Assembly: GCA_964016885.1 (NCBI GenBank)
Contig: OZ024740.1
Span: forward strand, 71,424,001 to 71,488,000
Reading direction: 5' to 3'
Length of the DNA: 64,000 nucleotides
Source: Eledone cirrhosa
Taxonomy: Eukaryota
Shown here: positions 23,901 through 37,250 of the stretch, one piece after another
Numbering within the stretch: position 1 is the first letter of the stretch
How the letters are laid out: each line of letters starts with the position of its first letter
Notes under the pieces: generated by a model
Told to the model about the DNA's origin: nothing
Databases searched by the model: none
The model's input: only the letters and a program-made list of their open reading frames with translations
Program-made: the position numbers and the translations under genes

Positions 23901-25240
23901 CTCGGTTGAAAATGGTGTGAAGCAGGGTGATATACCTGCACCAACTTTGTTTGCCTTGTATTTCGCGATGGTGTTCTTCATGGCCTTCAAGGATTGTCAA
24001 CACGGTATCTATCTCAGATATCGCATTTCCGGCAAGCTGTTTAACCTTAGGCGTCTCACTGCCAACACTAAGATATTGAGTATCTTGATCAGAGAATTTT
24101 ATATGCAGATGAGTGTGATCTCTTTGCACACTCCCAGAGTGACATGTAACACCTTATGGATTCTTTTTCCAATGCGTGCAGTGCTTTGGGACTTACAATC
24201 AGTCTGAAGAAGACTGTCGTCATGTACCAATCTGCTCCGGATAAAGTTTTCAATGAACCCTCCATACACGTATACGGTCAAAAGCTGAAGGCTGCTGACA
24301 CATTTGTGTATTTGGGGAGTACTCTGAGTGTGACCTGCTCTCTGCAGATGTTGGTCTACGTGTTAGTAAGACAAGTGAGTCATTTGGAAGGCTCAACGAC
24401 CGTCTTTGGTGCAGGCGAGGAATCACAATGAGGACCAAGGTGAGAGTGTATGCTGCATGTGTACTGTCAGCTTTGCTGTATGCATGTGAGACATGGGTTG
24501 CCTGCAAACGGCATATCCACAGACTGGAACGGTTTCACCAGCAGTGTCTCAGAAAGATGCTTGGTATCAAGTGGCAGATGAATGTGAGTGATGTTGAGGT
24601 CCTTGAGAGAAGTGAGTGTCGGAGCATTGAGAGTATCATCCACCAACCGGACACCTCTGCAGAATGGAGGATGATCGAATCCCAAAACAACTCTTGTATG
24701 GTGAGCTTTGTGAGGGTAAGAGACAACCTCACAAACCAAAGCTCCGATTCAAGGATTGTGTAAATGACTCATTGAAAAAAACTGGTTTGATGATGGTTGA
24801 TTGGGAGATAGAAGCTCTTGAAAGAGAAACTTGGCGTGGAATGGTCAATGATGGGGTCCATAATTTTTAGGACAGACGCATAGAGCACGAGAAAATCAAA
24901 AGGGATGTGCGTAAGCAATGCCCTGGTGTATCTCTTGAAACGATCGGTGTCTCCATTGAATTGAAGTGCCCTGAGTGTGGAAAAATTTGCTTGAGCAAAT
25001 CTGGTCTCAGGAGCCACAGTCGCAGCCAAGTTCAAAGAGAACCAGTGAACTATGATCTCCCCGGTATTGTGAGGGTTCACGGGCAACCTGATGCGAGACC
25101 TCAAGCCAGGAAGATCCATAGTTGTCGTCAGTGTGTGAAGGAGTGCAAGTCTCTAGCAGGCTTGAAAAGCCATATCCGAGCGTCCCTCATCTGAATCTGA
25201 CAAGCGATTGCAATACTCTTGGCAGAGTTTGCAGCCATCA
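20971..25240 (+). mobile_element. Full-length decayed RTE-clade LINE (APE-RT, C-terminal C2H2 fingers)
   Basis: LNIGCWNVRTL, GYTFYWSG, GDFNARVG, TWMHPGSKKWHFID, ECWTDH, NYRSISLL, DLTKAFD, GVKQG, YADE, and CPECGKIC..GLRSH / CRQC..GLKSH; many frameshifts; (TA)n on both sides. Confidence 0.9.
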
Positions 25241-25375
25241 TATATATATATAGAGATTACACAAGTATCAAAGTTATGTTTAAAACATTTAATCGGTGAC
25301 AATTGTTTCTTCCAAACTTAAGCTTGGAGTCCTCGGAGCATTATCAATTATAAATTACTGACCTTCCCTGTATCT

Positions 25376-25448
<73 letters not shown>

Positions 25449-25694
25449 CAAAAGTTTATACGTCTTCTTCTCTAGGTTTATCATATTATTTGTGGTATAT
25501 AAATGTTGAGTGTTGGGGAAATAAATCACTACCACTACAGGGATTGAAGGTTCAAGACCTTAGGGGTATCTCGTATAACCAATCTCTTATATTTATCTGA
25601 TGAAAACGTACTGAAACACCATTATACCTTTGAAATATGTATAATAAAATATATACTTTGGTTATGATAATATATCTCATTTATTAATATTTTG

Positions 25695-25731
<37 letters not shown>

Positions 25732-26009
25732 TTACGAAGATAAAAAATACTGTTATTATTCTCTCTACTGAATGGAATCTTGTGAATAAAATCTTGTTTT
25801 TATCGATCTGTATAAGTATTCCAACAAAATTGAAGAGATTTAAGTTAGGTGTGGAGAATAACATTTTCTATTCTGTATATTTCATACCATAGTTGATGCA
25901 ATCCTAAGCACAATAAGTAATATACTCTTGTTGACACTTAACATTGTATTTGTAGTTTCTATATTTTATTGATCTGATGACCCATATGAGTCATCATTAT
26001 CATCATTGT

Positions 26010-26200
26010 CAAGGGCGGTGAATTGGCAGTATCGGTAGAGGGTCGGACATGCTTTCCAGCATAGTTACATCTCTTTACGATCTGAGTTCAAATCCCGCCG
26101 AGGTTAACTTTGCCTTTCATCCTTACGGGGTCGATAAAATAAAGTACCAGTAATGTACTGGGATAATTGCTGGCCTTGTGCCAAAAGTAGAAACAATTAT
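26010..26200 (+). mobile_element. SINE family A
   Basis: Full head, core and tail followed by (CAT)n. Confidence 0.88.
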
Positions 26201-26699
26201 CATCATTGTCATCGTCATCATCATCATCATCATCATCGCCTTCGTTGTTTTAATATGATCTTTTCCCTTGCTCGATTGGGTTGGGAGGGATTGAGGTATG
26301 GTAAATCAATTACAGGCCAAAGACCTCTATGTGGCCACTCAATCAACTACAAAAATGCAGTTAAATTTCCCCTCAAATTATACCATATATATATATATAG
26401 TACTTCGTTTTTGTATTTCTTATCTGAAAAGGTGTGTTGAAACAGATATTGTTATACTTTGTGCTCCTGTGTCATCTTGTCTGTAAGACCCAACACCATG
26501 AGATCAGAATTCATCACATCTTCCTTAACAAAAGGGTGTATTATATATTGCATTTCTGTAAGAAGAAGAGAAAGGAGCATTGTTTAGAAGAGAAATAAAT
26601 AGAATTATTCTTGCAAACAAAATTTGATATGACAATAAAAATAAATTATTCATCGTAAATTTTAATCCTTAATTTTCCGTTTATTCGGTATTTATTAGC

Positions 26700-26918
26700 A
26701 TAAGCAGTTGATTGGCAGCATCGGTAGAGTATCAGACAAAATGCTTTGTTGCATATAGTCACAGCCCTTTACGTAGAGAGTCAAATCCCGACGAGGTTAG
26801 CTTTGCCTTTCATTCCTCCGGGGTTGATAAAATAACGTACCTGTACGGATTGGGGTTGATTTAATCGACTTTCTCGCCACCAAATTGTTGCCTTATGCCT
26901 AAATCAGAAACCATTATT
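26700..26918 (+). mobile_element. SINE family A (older variant)
   Basis: Same motifs as 2313-2527. Confidence 0.8.
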
Positions 26919-27949
26919 TGCATAAGCACAAAGTCTAAGATTTACATTTTGACTTCATATTCTATCAAAGTCGTTTTACTACTTGAAATGTACTTATGTT
27001 ATCAACCCTGGAAGGATGAACAGTTAAAAATTAACTCAATTGATGACATCACATTAGCAACTCTCAAAAAGAAGGGAAGATATTTTCAAGAAATTAATTA
27101 TTCTTTCAAAGTTAAAATGTACATGCTTAGGACAAGAAATATCTGATCAACTGACCTGTGTAGACATGTTTCAGTCTATTAGACCTTATCAACATAGTGT
27201 ATAGTTTAACCAAGTCCACCAATCAGGTTGCAGTCAGAAAAAGTACATCACCACTAAATTAACCAAATTCATACTTTGGCCTATTTCAGTAATTTCTCTC
27301 AGCTCACTACATTGTTCAATAGAAAACAATGTATTTATTTGAGTTGGTTATAATTTGACAATTTCCCTCCTTCGTCAATGTTAGCATGTTGGGATAACAA
27401 GAGAGCTGAATAAAAGATTATAAACTCGTCTAAAGTTTTTCGTATTAATTTCATGGATAAATTTTGCAAGCCCTTATATTATACATTCTTACCAATTTAG
27501 TTTTAGTCGAGGAAGAAAGGGCAGCACCAATCCTCTTTTCCGAGCCTTCAAGGTGGGGTGGGTGGGGGTGATTTTCAAACTAGAGACCAGGCCTGAATAC
27601 TTGCAAAAGAGCGGACTCAGCTCAAGACACTGAACGTGTCAGGTATTAGCAGGCCCATTGCTAGTGAGGCATCCCTCAAATTTAGAAACATTTACGGTAA
27701 TATATGCTTGTTCTGAAACCCCACCTTAAAATGTTCTGCAGCCTCGAAAATATGAAAAGTGGGATTTTTAAATTCAGAACGCAATGAACTTGAACATACT
27801 CCGCAAAGTATTTTGTCCTATGTACTAACAACTCTGTCAATTCGCCGCTATATGTGAGCCTCCCCAACAACAATATTGAAATTATACATTTGTTTAAATT
27901 TTCGAACTGTCTTTGCCTTCAATCGCATTCAATAAAGTTTAAAAAAGGA

Positions 27950-28130
27950 AAGTAAACAAAGTTCATAAAACTGAAAAAATAAAGTTTTAGAATCAAAAGA
28001 CGCGAGCAAGCACTATTGGTATTCCATACTTACAGAGTTAGCTATCGTCTCAACTTTCCGTGCTCTGCCATGTGACTGGATGCATGCTTAGCAGAAGGGA
28101 AGAGAGAAGCTCGGGAAAAGTGTGCATAAG
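27950..28130 (+). promoter_or_regulatory. Probable 4E-BP promoter region
   Basis: Repeat-free and locally GC-richer, 250-400 bp upstream of the ATG; carries GTAAACAA (FoxO-type, 27952), ATTGG (reverse CCAAT) and CATGTGAC (E/M-box). The TSS cannot be located. Confidence 0.4.
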
Positions 28131-28370
28131 GCTGTTGTTGCTTTTTTTGGTGTTAAAACTTTTGGACGATTGACACAAATTGTTTTATTAACTCCATGAA
28201 GTAAAAAGCTTAATTTTTTATTTATAAATATTTATAAATATTTTTTATTTAATAATATACATATCTATGTGTGTATTAAAATTATATGTTTGAAATTTTG
28301 GCAAAGATATTTATTATAAACAAGTTATACCATAATTAGCCTGCACAGAACAGTCGTATAGAATCTGAAA

Positions 28371-28515
28371 ATGTCCGGAGATAACAAAAGCACCATGCAT
28401 GCACATAAGAATAGGGATATTCCTGCAAAAAGGATATTAATAAACGACCCGACTCAAATGCCCATGGACTACAGTACAACCCCTGGGGGATCTATTTTCT
28501 CCACTACTCCTGGAG
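28371..28515 (+). CDS. EIF4EBP: 4E-BP coding exon 1
   Basis: MSGDNK...RDIP (RAIP-like)...DYSTTPGGSIFSTTPGG; phase-1 donor G|GTAAG. Confidence 0.95.
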
Positions 28516-30920
28516 GTAAGAAAATTCCATATAATATAAATATATATTTTGCAAATCAACCATTATCTATCTCTACATTAAAAAAAATTCGACTTAATAT
28601 GCAATACCAATCTAGTATTGTTTAGTTACATGTTTTCAAAATATAGGAGGCCCCGTGCTCCTTGCTATGTATTCCAAAATGGCGACTATTAATGTCGAGC
28701 ACGTGATAATGTTTAGTGTCTATTATGGAAATTAAACCTTAAACATAAAAAAATACATAAACAAACATCGCTCAACTGCCTTTAATTTCATTTTTGTTCT
28801 GAAAATCTTCATCACAATCACTTTTCCCCACACCATCCAGCGATTTATATATATTAGTCAATCATATCAAACCAAAGCTTAATCTATCCAAGTTGCGATC
28901 TCGTAACACTAAATCTTTTGAGGCAATATGGTCCGAAATAAGTTTGTACTTGTCAACGAGAAATTGGAACTTTTTAACTCAAGATTTTATACAGGAAACG
29001 CTTTAAAATGTAACATTTTAACACACAAACACGATTAATTAATTTTTTAAAATATATGTGGTTGTATAGAAGTTTCGCCCATTCTATGATAATGAAATTA
29101 CACAAGTAAGCTGTAACTCCCATGTGGTCATGTTAGCGAGGATACGATACACTTAGTTGTTTTTTTTTTGCAGTATGTATTTCGTTTGCTTCTGATTTTA
29201 TTTCTGATACAATATATGTAAACAGCGATGCATTTATTTGATGTTTATTAATTAGTTACTGATTATATTTTAATTATTTTTAATAAGTTTTATTTTCAGT
29301 GTGTAATGAAATAACAATTTAGTCACCGTTCTGGTTAAGTTAGGAATTGGAAACTACATAAATAAATGAAAATACAAATGCGATATAAAGGCGAATGTGG
29401 ATCCATATACATTGTTTATGTATAATAAGCATACATATAGTCTTGCTGTGATCAATATAAGACGAAGAAAGCACCGTGTATACTGAAACGACCAGGGATA
29501 TTCCTACAAAAAGAACATGCGTTAAATGTACACGTATACAATTGTTTCTATTCTATTTCTCGTGGTTAAAATATCGAATAGTGGTCTTTGCTTTGAAAAA
29601 AGTTGAGGATTCTTACGAAAGCGATGATGTTTAAAATAAGTGAATATTTAAGGTGCATGCTACATGTATCACACTTTTTTTGCGTTGTTCATAACTTAAT
29701 ACACTGATATCTAAATACTATAATATTTATTTGGTAAGAACATGTATGCTTATCTTTTTTCAATGTTTACAAATACTCTGATGAGTATACGCTGTATTAC
29801 TTTCAGCAACTTCAGATAAGACATGACTAAACTAAATACCAATGATATTGGATCGATTTAATTGACTCAGTATATTATTGATATTTGCCTTACCGAGCCT
29901 GGAGGGATGAAGGAAAAAAGGGATTCCTAGCAAGATTTAAATTTAAAACAAAGTTTCCATTAAAGTGTACGTGAATTTTCCTAGCGGAAAAAAGAAAAGC
30001 AAAACGTACTTTGTTATTGTGGGGGAAAAAAACGAAATGTGAATAGAATTTCCATTACATTCAACAGTATCTGTTAATATTTTGTCTACAATTCTCAGCA
30101 TTGTCCTCTTTTGGAGTTCTTTAATGTAAAGTAATGAAATTTTCGCACTGAATATCGGAATGTAAACACGAACGACGGAATGAAATTAGTTTCTCTATAT
30201 ACGCCGTTACAAGTGAAAATCATCTTTAGAATATAAAAATAGACACTGTTAAAATATAGAAAAAGAGAAACCGTTGAATGTTATTAAAATTGTATTCACA
30301 TTTCGTTCTTTCATTTTTACTCATAGTATATTATGTCCTCAAACAGAACAGAAACTACTTTTCTTTAATTTCAGTTTTCCACTTTCCGTCTGAAATTCCA
30401 AAATACAACTAACGTTCACCTTTTTAAAGAACAATTTTCACTTGTAGCAATATTTATAGACTAATTTCAAATATTCTTATCTTTACAAATAAGAAGGCGA
30501 CAATATCTCGTAATATTCACTTGATTCATTTCAGATACTTGAAGGGGAGAGAGAAAAGGCAAGGGTTGCACCCCGTCCATAATACGGAATACACGAGCTG
30601 ACGAAGAATCCTAATCAGAACCATAATCCTAACCCTATCGTTTATATGAATCTGACGGGTTATTTTCGTTTTATTTCAAGCTTTATTATGGATTCCTCTA
30701 ACTAAATCCCTTTCCATCGTTTGCGTTTATGTTTTAATTTTCTGAACGATAATTTTATTTTTGCTTTAATAGAATCCTCGGTAGGGTCATAAAATACTAG
30801 CGACTGACCCTTCTGATATTTTTACCAACAAAGTGAGTGTGTGGGGAGAATGTGAGGATATTGACAATGTTCTCTGGTTCCGTTTATGTTTTCGAAGTTC
30901 TTTCTTTACTGTGTAAACAG

Positions 30921-31012
30921 ATCAACTTACATTCGCACTTTTAAACAACTGGGTCGCTCGCCTTCATCAACTTACATTCGCACTTTTAAACAACTGGGTC
31001 GCTCGCCTTCAT
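30921..31012. repeat. Exact 45-bp tandem duplication
   Basis: ATCAACTTACATTCGCACTTTTAAACAACTGGGTCGCTCGCCTTC twice. Confidence 0.95.
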
Positions 31013-31919
31013 GCTAATACTAACCTATTATACTATTGACACGCTTTCCGCCTCTGCGTTCTGATTTCATATCTTGTCTAAGCCATTCCTCGGGGTTGAT
31101 TTAATCGACTAACCTCTCCCTCTCCAAAATTTACGGGCTTGTATCTATGTTAGAAATCATAGTATTTATATATACACTCTCACGGCTATCCTGTTATCCT
31201 CCCTCTTTCCTCTGCGCAGATTATGAAATATTTCATCTGCACGTGTGATTATTATTGGCAGATAGTTGGGGACCAAGCAAAGCGGTCTCCTTCGAGTCGA
31301 TATGCGATTTCAGGCACGTGGTTTAGTAGTTAGTATTGGGCTCACTATCTGTTCGTAGGTTCAATTCTAGGACTGAGTGGCGCGTTGTATTCTTGAGCAA
31401 GATAATTCATTTCATGATATGACTGAGGCTCCTATCATTAAAACAATCGAGAAACCTGAGATGCGAAGTCCTGAGTATATATTATCATCTTACTTTTAAT
31501 GTTTAGATAGCTATCAAACAGTAAATATCAAAACAATTTTTCGGTTGGAATAATTTCATGTTTTTGTTTGTTAGATAAATATCAAGTTCACCCCACAAAG
31601 TTTTATTTTGTTTCATTCATCGTAGTTGTGTTTAACAACAGCAAATCACATGGTAACTAACCTGTTTTTGATTGGATCAAAGTTGCATAATGTACAACAG
31701 GTGCAATTAAACTCGCAATGTAAAAGCTGGTATTAATATTGATCCGTGCTGTTCCAGATTATGAATCGATTAAATAATAAATTGTAAACAGTTTCTTGTA
31801 TTATTTAAGGTTGTTTACAAAGTGCAAAAATTAATGAATTTAAAAAATCGATAGATACTCAATTTTTTTAGGGAGTTGAGAATTGGGCTGCACACACACA
31901 CGCACACATATTTTCTTCG

Positions 31920-32300
31920 CTCACTTAAGTCTGAGAGGGTCGTGAGGACAGTCTTCAAACACTCGTTCCAGCGAGTCCTGTCAGAAGCAACCATCTCCAA
32001 CTGATCCGGCTGGATCCCCAAGCAAGACCAGCCAACCATCTTACTCGAGGTCTACCTCTGGGTCTCCTGCTAGTTGGTTTTTGCTCCTTAAAATCAGTCC
32101 AGCGATTCTTTCCTGAGATATTCTAACCACATTTGCTCCAATTTATCAGTCACTTAAAATTGTTTGTATTTATAATCTATCAGTGCTTGTGCACTCACAT
32201 ATATAGTTTTACCAGGTTGTTGGTGTAACCTAGCTCTTCTAATTGTTTGCGAGCTTTTTCGTAGTATTCAGACTCTCTACTCGGTCGTTCCTCAAATATC
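31920..32300 (-). mobile_element. Decayed RTE C-terminal fragment
   Basis: LGIQPDQLEMVASDRTRW and an upstream GDPEV/RP-like segment resemble RTE C-termini. Confidence 0.55.
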
Positions 32301-32519
32301 AGTCTCTAATAACATTGAATTACGTAGTCCTATGTATGAGGGGAAACAGGGCGATGCTGGATCAGGGTCGACTTAAGGTAAAATGATAGTTATTTAGATA
32401 ATACATAATTTGATAAAATTAATTTAACTTTTATGCGTTGCTTGGCGGTCTACATAATAGGTTGGTATTTGAAGCTTTCTGAGCACTTTTTTTTTCTTTT
32501 CTAGTCTTTTATTGTGGTT

Positions 32520-32703
32520 TTTAAAATAGGCAGAGCACCTGACAAAATATCTGATATGTAGTTACTTACATTTTCGTTTTCCGTTCAAATCCCGCTGCAG
32601 TCGGGGATCGATAAAATAAGTACCAGTTATGCACTAGGTTGATTATTCGACTGTTCCCAGTCCGCAAATATGTACCCTTGTGCTTATGCTAGAAATAATT
32701 ATA
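32520..32703 (+). mobile_element. Decayed SINE family A
   Basis: GTTCAAATCCCGC, CGATAAAATAAGTACCAG, CCCTTGTGCTTATGCTAGAAATAATT. Confidence 0.7.
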
Positions 32704-33679
32704 ATTATGGCAGGGTTTCGCATCATGAACGTTTGTGGTTGTTTTATAGTTGAACTCTGATTTTTATGCTTTCTTGCAGATTATAATAATTATTACATTT
32801 TGAGCATCTCCAATTAGCACCATCAAGGTCCATTAAGATTGTTATAATGGCGTTATGATCACATACTTTATATTTCGGTTAAGTGTTAAATTGTTCATAT
32901 TTCCATTTGTGCAGTATCCATGAAACAAGCGAGGCAATAAGATAACAGATACACATGATTTTGAAATGTTTTGTAGATTCTGAATCAAAACCATGCAAAA
33001 ACCATTTTTTAAAAGCCATAAGAAAGGGGAGTGTATTATTTCTATGTTAAGGATTAAGTCGTTTTATGGGTTTGGATTTCCAATTTTAGCCTAAATAGTT
33101 TATAAAGAGGACTTTTCATATTCATTTATAAAACTGATTACTGGAATGAAAAGATTTGTTAGCAACATGCTACTTGAGCCTTTATTTTTAACTGCAGTAA
33201 TTTTTCTGCAACAAGTAGATAAGATAGCCCACTCTATCAAGTAGCTATATTTTAAAATATCTTGAGGGTTAATGCAAAGTTGTGCTGGTTTTGCTTTAGC
33301 TAAAAGCATTATTATAGAATAAATGAAGTGCAAAAGCTTCAGTTCAGATTGAAAAAGCAGATATGTTTAAGTAATGGCAGCAGCAGCAGTTTGTTGCCAC
33401 TTACTCCTACATATGTACACAAAAACAATGTGGCAATAGCAGCAATTTTCCAGACAAACTAGCTTCATTGTACTAAGATGTAAAGAGTTGTCATAGTTTA
33501 TGTAAATGTCTTTCACAGTGTATCTGGTATAATTTATGATAATTGTTATTTAAAGTGTTGGTGATAGAAAGGGCATCCAGTCATAGAAAACTTATCAAAC
33601 AAAACGTTGAGAGAACTCTTCAGCCAACCTCCCTAGTGTTGGTGTTATGATAAAATGTACTCAGTAGTGTGTGAGTACC

Positions 33680-33872
33680 CTCAAGATATTGAATAAAATG
33701 CTTTGAGACATTAGTTCCTGCTCTTTAGATTCTGAGTTCAAATCCTGTATAGGTCAACTTTGCCTTCTCCTTCTGGGGTCAATAAAATAAAGCACCAGTC
33801 AAATACTGGGTTGGTATAATCAACTTTCCCCTCCCCTCAAATTGCAAGCCTTGTGACTAGTTTAGAAATCAC
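33680..33872 (+). mobile_element. Decayed SINE family A
   Basis: GAGTTCAAATCC, core and tail recognisable. Confidence 0.7.
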
Positions 33873-34679
33873 ATTTATTGTTAGAGCAGGTGTTTTGTAG
33901 TTGGGAAGTCATGTACTTCTGACCTTTAAAGTACTAAATTTGAGGCAATTTGAATATCAGATGAAGCTCAGTGATTGTAATGGTTAAAAGGTTGGATTAA
34001 CATTAAAAATGTCATAAGTTAAAATCTTGACATGCATATGTTTACCTAGCTAGGAAGATTCATTTAAGTGTAAGAAAAAAAACAAAAGTGATAGCATAAT
34101 CACCACCACCATCATCATCATTTTTACATCAACTTTTCCATGCTGGCATGGCTTGGACCTCAGCAACCCATTCTAGCGTGGAAGATAGACATTAAACAAT
34201 GATGATTGTAACTTAAGTTATGTTGTATCATCATCACTGTTTTTGCATGGACTTTTTAAGGCACTGTTTTACAACTGGATTGCTTTCCTGACACCATCCC
34301 TTTTAATTACTTCTTGTAATGCAGAGATATGAAAATGTTATTTATTATCTAATGCTTCATTGAGTCATCACACTCTAAAAATTTATCTTTATGTAGTGTA
34401 TCGGGATAAATTGCAAAGATGAGTAAAAATGGCTCTATCTGTGTTAGACACCAGGGGCCTAAAAATCTGTAGTAATACATATACACACACACGACATACT
34501 TCCCTACAGGATTCATCTACCAAATTCCGCTCACCAGGCATTGCTGCTGTAATGGAAGATGCCACACAGCATGACTGAACCCAGAACCACATGACTGTGA
34601 AGCAAACTCCTTAAAACCCTTATGAGTCTTCCAACCAAATATGTAATTTTCTCTTAGTTATACCAAATCCTATTTAATG

Positions 34680-34848
34680 TAGAGGTTGGTGTTAGGAAGG
34701 GCATCCAGCAGTAGAAATCAAGCCAAAATCAATTCCCGTATGAGCAAGACAAGGCCAGCTGACCGGGCACTGCCCACAATAGGACAACCCATCTAACCCA
34801 TGCTAGCGTGGAAGAATGGACGTAAAACGGTGATGATGATGATGATCA
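34680..34848 (+). mobile_element. 3' UTR fragment of the (GAT)n-tailed RTE family
   Basis: Matches 49885-50048: GGTTGGTGTTAGGAAGGGCATCCAG...CCCATGCTAGCGTGGAA...(GAT)n. Confidence 0.85.
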
Positions 34849-34959
34849 TCACCATTTTACGTCCATATATATATGCATTATTATTGTTAATGTATTTAGT
34901 TATATAGTGATAAAAATAATGAAATTCAAATGTCACTGTATGATTTGAGAATTTTCTCA

Positions 34960-35362
34960 GTGGGTAGTGGGTTGGCAGTATCACTTTGCAGCATATGTTC
35001 TGAGTTCAAATCCTGCCACGGTTAACTTTGCCTTTCATCCTTATGGAGGTCGATAAAGTAAAGTACCAGTAATGCATTGGAGTAATTGCTGGCCTTGTGC
35101 CAAAAGTAGAAACAATTATTAATGTGACTAAAGGTGGTGAATTGGCAGTACTGGTAGAGTGTCAGGCATAATGCTTTACAGCATTTAGCTAGGACTTACT
35201 GCATTTTGAGTATTAAACATACTGAGGTCAACTTTGCTTTTCATCCTTCCAGGGGTTGATAAAATAAAGTACCAGTTAAATACTGTACTGGGGTTGATAT
35301 AATTGACTTTCCCCTTCTCCAAATTGATGGCCTTCTGCCAATGTTAAAAAGATTTATTATTG
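34960..35362 (+). mobile_element. Two tandem SINE family A copies
   Basis: Two consecutive head-core-tail units (34960-35120 and 35130-35362). Confidence 0.8.
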
Positions 35363-35544
35363 TGACTGTTTTTGTGCTAAATAGAACAACATGGGAATTC
35401 TAACAACTGCACATGTTAGATTAGCTGTCTAAAATTCAGCAAATTAATCATGAAATATTAACTTCATTAGTGTTTTTATCGTTATTTACGTTTGTTTTTT
35501 ATTATCTTCATGGTTTGAAGTCATTAAGTATTTAAATTGATTAA

Positions 35545-35729
35545 GGGCGGTGGATTGGCAGTATCGGTAGAGGGTCGGACGCCATGCTTTCCAGCATAGT
35601 TACGTCCCTTTACGATCTGAGTTCAAATCCCGCCGAGGTTGACTTTGCCTTTTATCCTTACGGGGTCGATAAAATAAAGTACCAGTAATGCACTGGGTAA
35701 TTGCTGGCCTTGTGCCTAAAGTAGAAACA
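35545..35729 (+). mobile_element. Young SINE family A with ~22-bp TSD
   Basis: ATTAAGTATTTAAATTGATTAA at 35523-35544 and 35730-35751. Confidence 0.92.
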
Positions 35730-35779
35730 ATTAAGTATTTAAATTGATTAATTATGCTGATTTCTTGTGACTATAGTTA

Positions 35780-35950
35780 CAAGGGTCAGCCAAAAAGTTC
35801 ATAGGCTGAACAAATGAGGTTTATTTTTCAACATAGTCTCTGGAAAGAAACAATGCAGTTATTGATAAAAGTTGAAATTAATGCATACAAGATTTCACAG
35901 CTCTAGCATTTCTCCTTTTGATAGCCTATGAACTCTTCAGTCGACTCTCA
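35780..35950. mobile_element. Mariner-like MITE
   Basis: TA|CAAGGGTCAGCCAAAAAGTTCATAGGCT ... AGCCTATGAACTCTTCAGTCGACTCTCA|TA imperfect TIRs. Confidence 0.7.
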
Positions 35951-36874
35951 TAAAATATCAAATTCTGTAGGTTTGTAGTTTAATTAATTGAATAAATTGT
36001 TTATAGTTGCAAAAAGTATATTTTGTAACTTAGCATCATCATTGTTTTTACATTAACTTTTCCATGCTAGCGTGAGTTGGATTGAGTTTTTTAAAGCAAT
36101 GTTTTACAGCCAGATGCCCTTCCTGTTGCTTGTTACAATATGCAGAAATATGGTATACTTTTTCTAAACTGGATACACATGGAAGATACACACTGTGTGT
36201 GTGCAAAGTCAACAAGGAAGAACACTACAGTACAATGATGATGTATATTAGTTTAACACTTGATATAGTAGGAAAATAGTTTTAATGTTTCAACTGTTAG
36301 TTTCTTCATTGGAAGATAGAATTCGAGAGATGGAAGAATAGACAAGAATAAGAAAAGGAAGAAACATAAACAATTTTTTACAGGATGGAAGCATTTGTGT
36401 TTTTAATCAGCCATTATATAGATATAGATAGAAAGAGAGCACTTAATAAAGTCCATTTATTCTTGTTAGAAATATGGTAATCTATTTTCTATTAGCTTGT
36501 TGTTTCAATACGTCTGTATCACCTCATCAAATATAACTAGAACATAGTCCATTTAAATATTCTTTGAACCTTAATGGTATCATGTTAAAGTTGAGAAGCA
36601 ACTGTTAATATTGGATCTGCTACATTTTTAAGATTTAACATATAAACAGTATGGGCTCCTGTTAAATAAACAGTTAAAGTATACTATGCCTATCTATGAA
36701 CTGCTTGCTCAAATAAACTTAGTTTGTCTTTGTACTGGTTAAGCAAAATGTTATCTAAATCTGAAGTGATTAAAGAGACACTATTATTTATATTTGGCTT
36801 GTTGTCAATGTTTCTGTAACAGGATTTTTTTACAGGTTGGGTTGTTAGCCCCACATAAACCTATTTAACCTCTA

Positions 36875-37250
36875 GGTGAGGTGGTCTTGGAGAACAGCAA
36901 GAAACTGCAGCAGAAGATCCAGACATTCTTCAACACCTGCCTAAGGCGCATCCACAACATCAAATGGCCAGGGATCTGTGGGAGCAAGCAGGACAAGAAC
37001 CAATGGCAAAGCAGATTCTGCGGAGGAAGTGGAGCTGGATTGGACATACCCTCAGGAAACTAAACTCCAAGCCCTGAGACCTGGAACTTGCAGGGTAAGA
37101 GGACGAGAGGCCAGTCCCATGACAGCTGGAAGCGTGACACTGAGGCTGAATTAAGAAAGCTGGAAGCCAATTAGAGTAGAGTGGTGAGAGCAGCCCAGGA
37201 TCATGTACAACAGTGGAGACTCCTCAATTGCCAATACTCCACAGTGATGG
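36875..37250 (+). mobile_element. RTE C-terminal fragment (third family)
   Basis: KIQTFFNTCLRRIHNIKWP, RRKWSWIGHTLRK, QGKRTRG. Confidence 0.8.

Noticed and set aside
25597-25620. CTGATGA-N9-GAAAC hammerhead-like motif
   Set aside because: No stem II or III pairing and no cleavage triplet in place.
26010-26110. SINE heads as tRNA genes
   Set aside because: A/B boxes without a cloverleaf, always followed by the SINE body.
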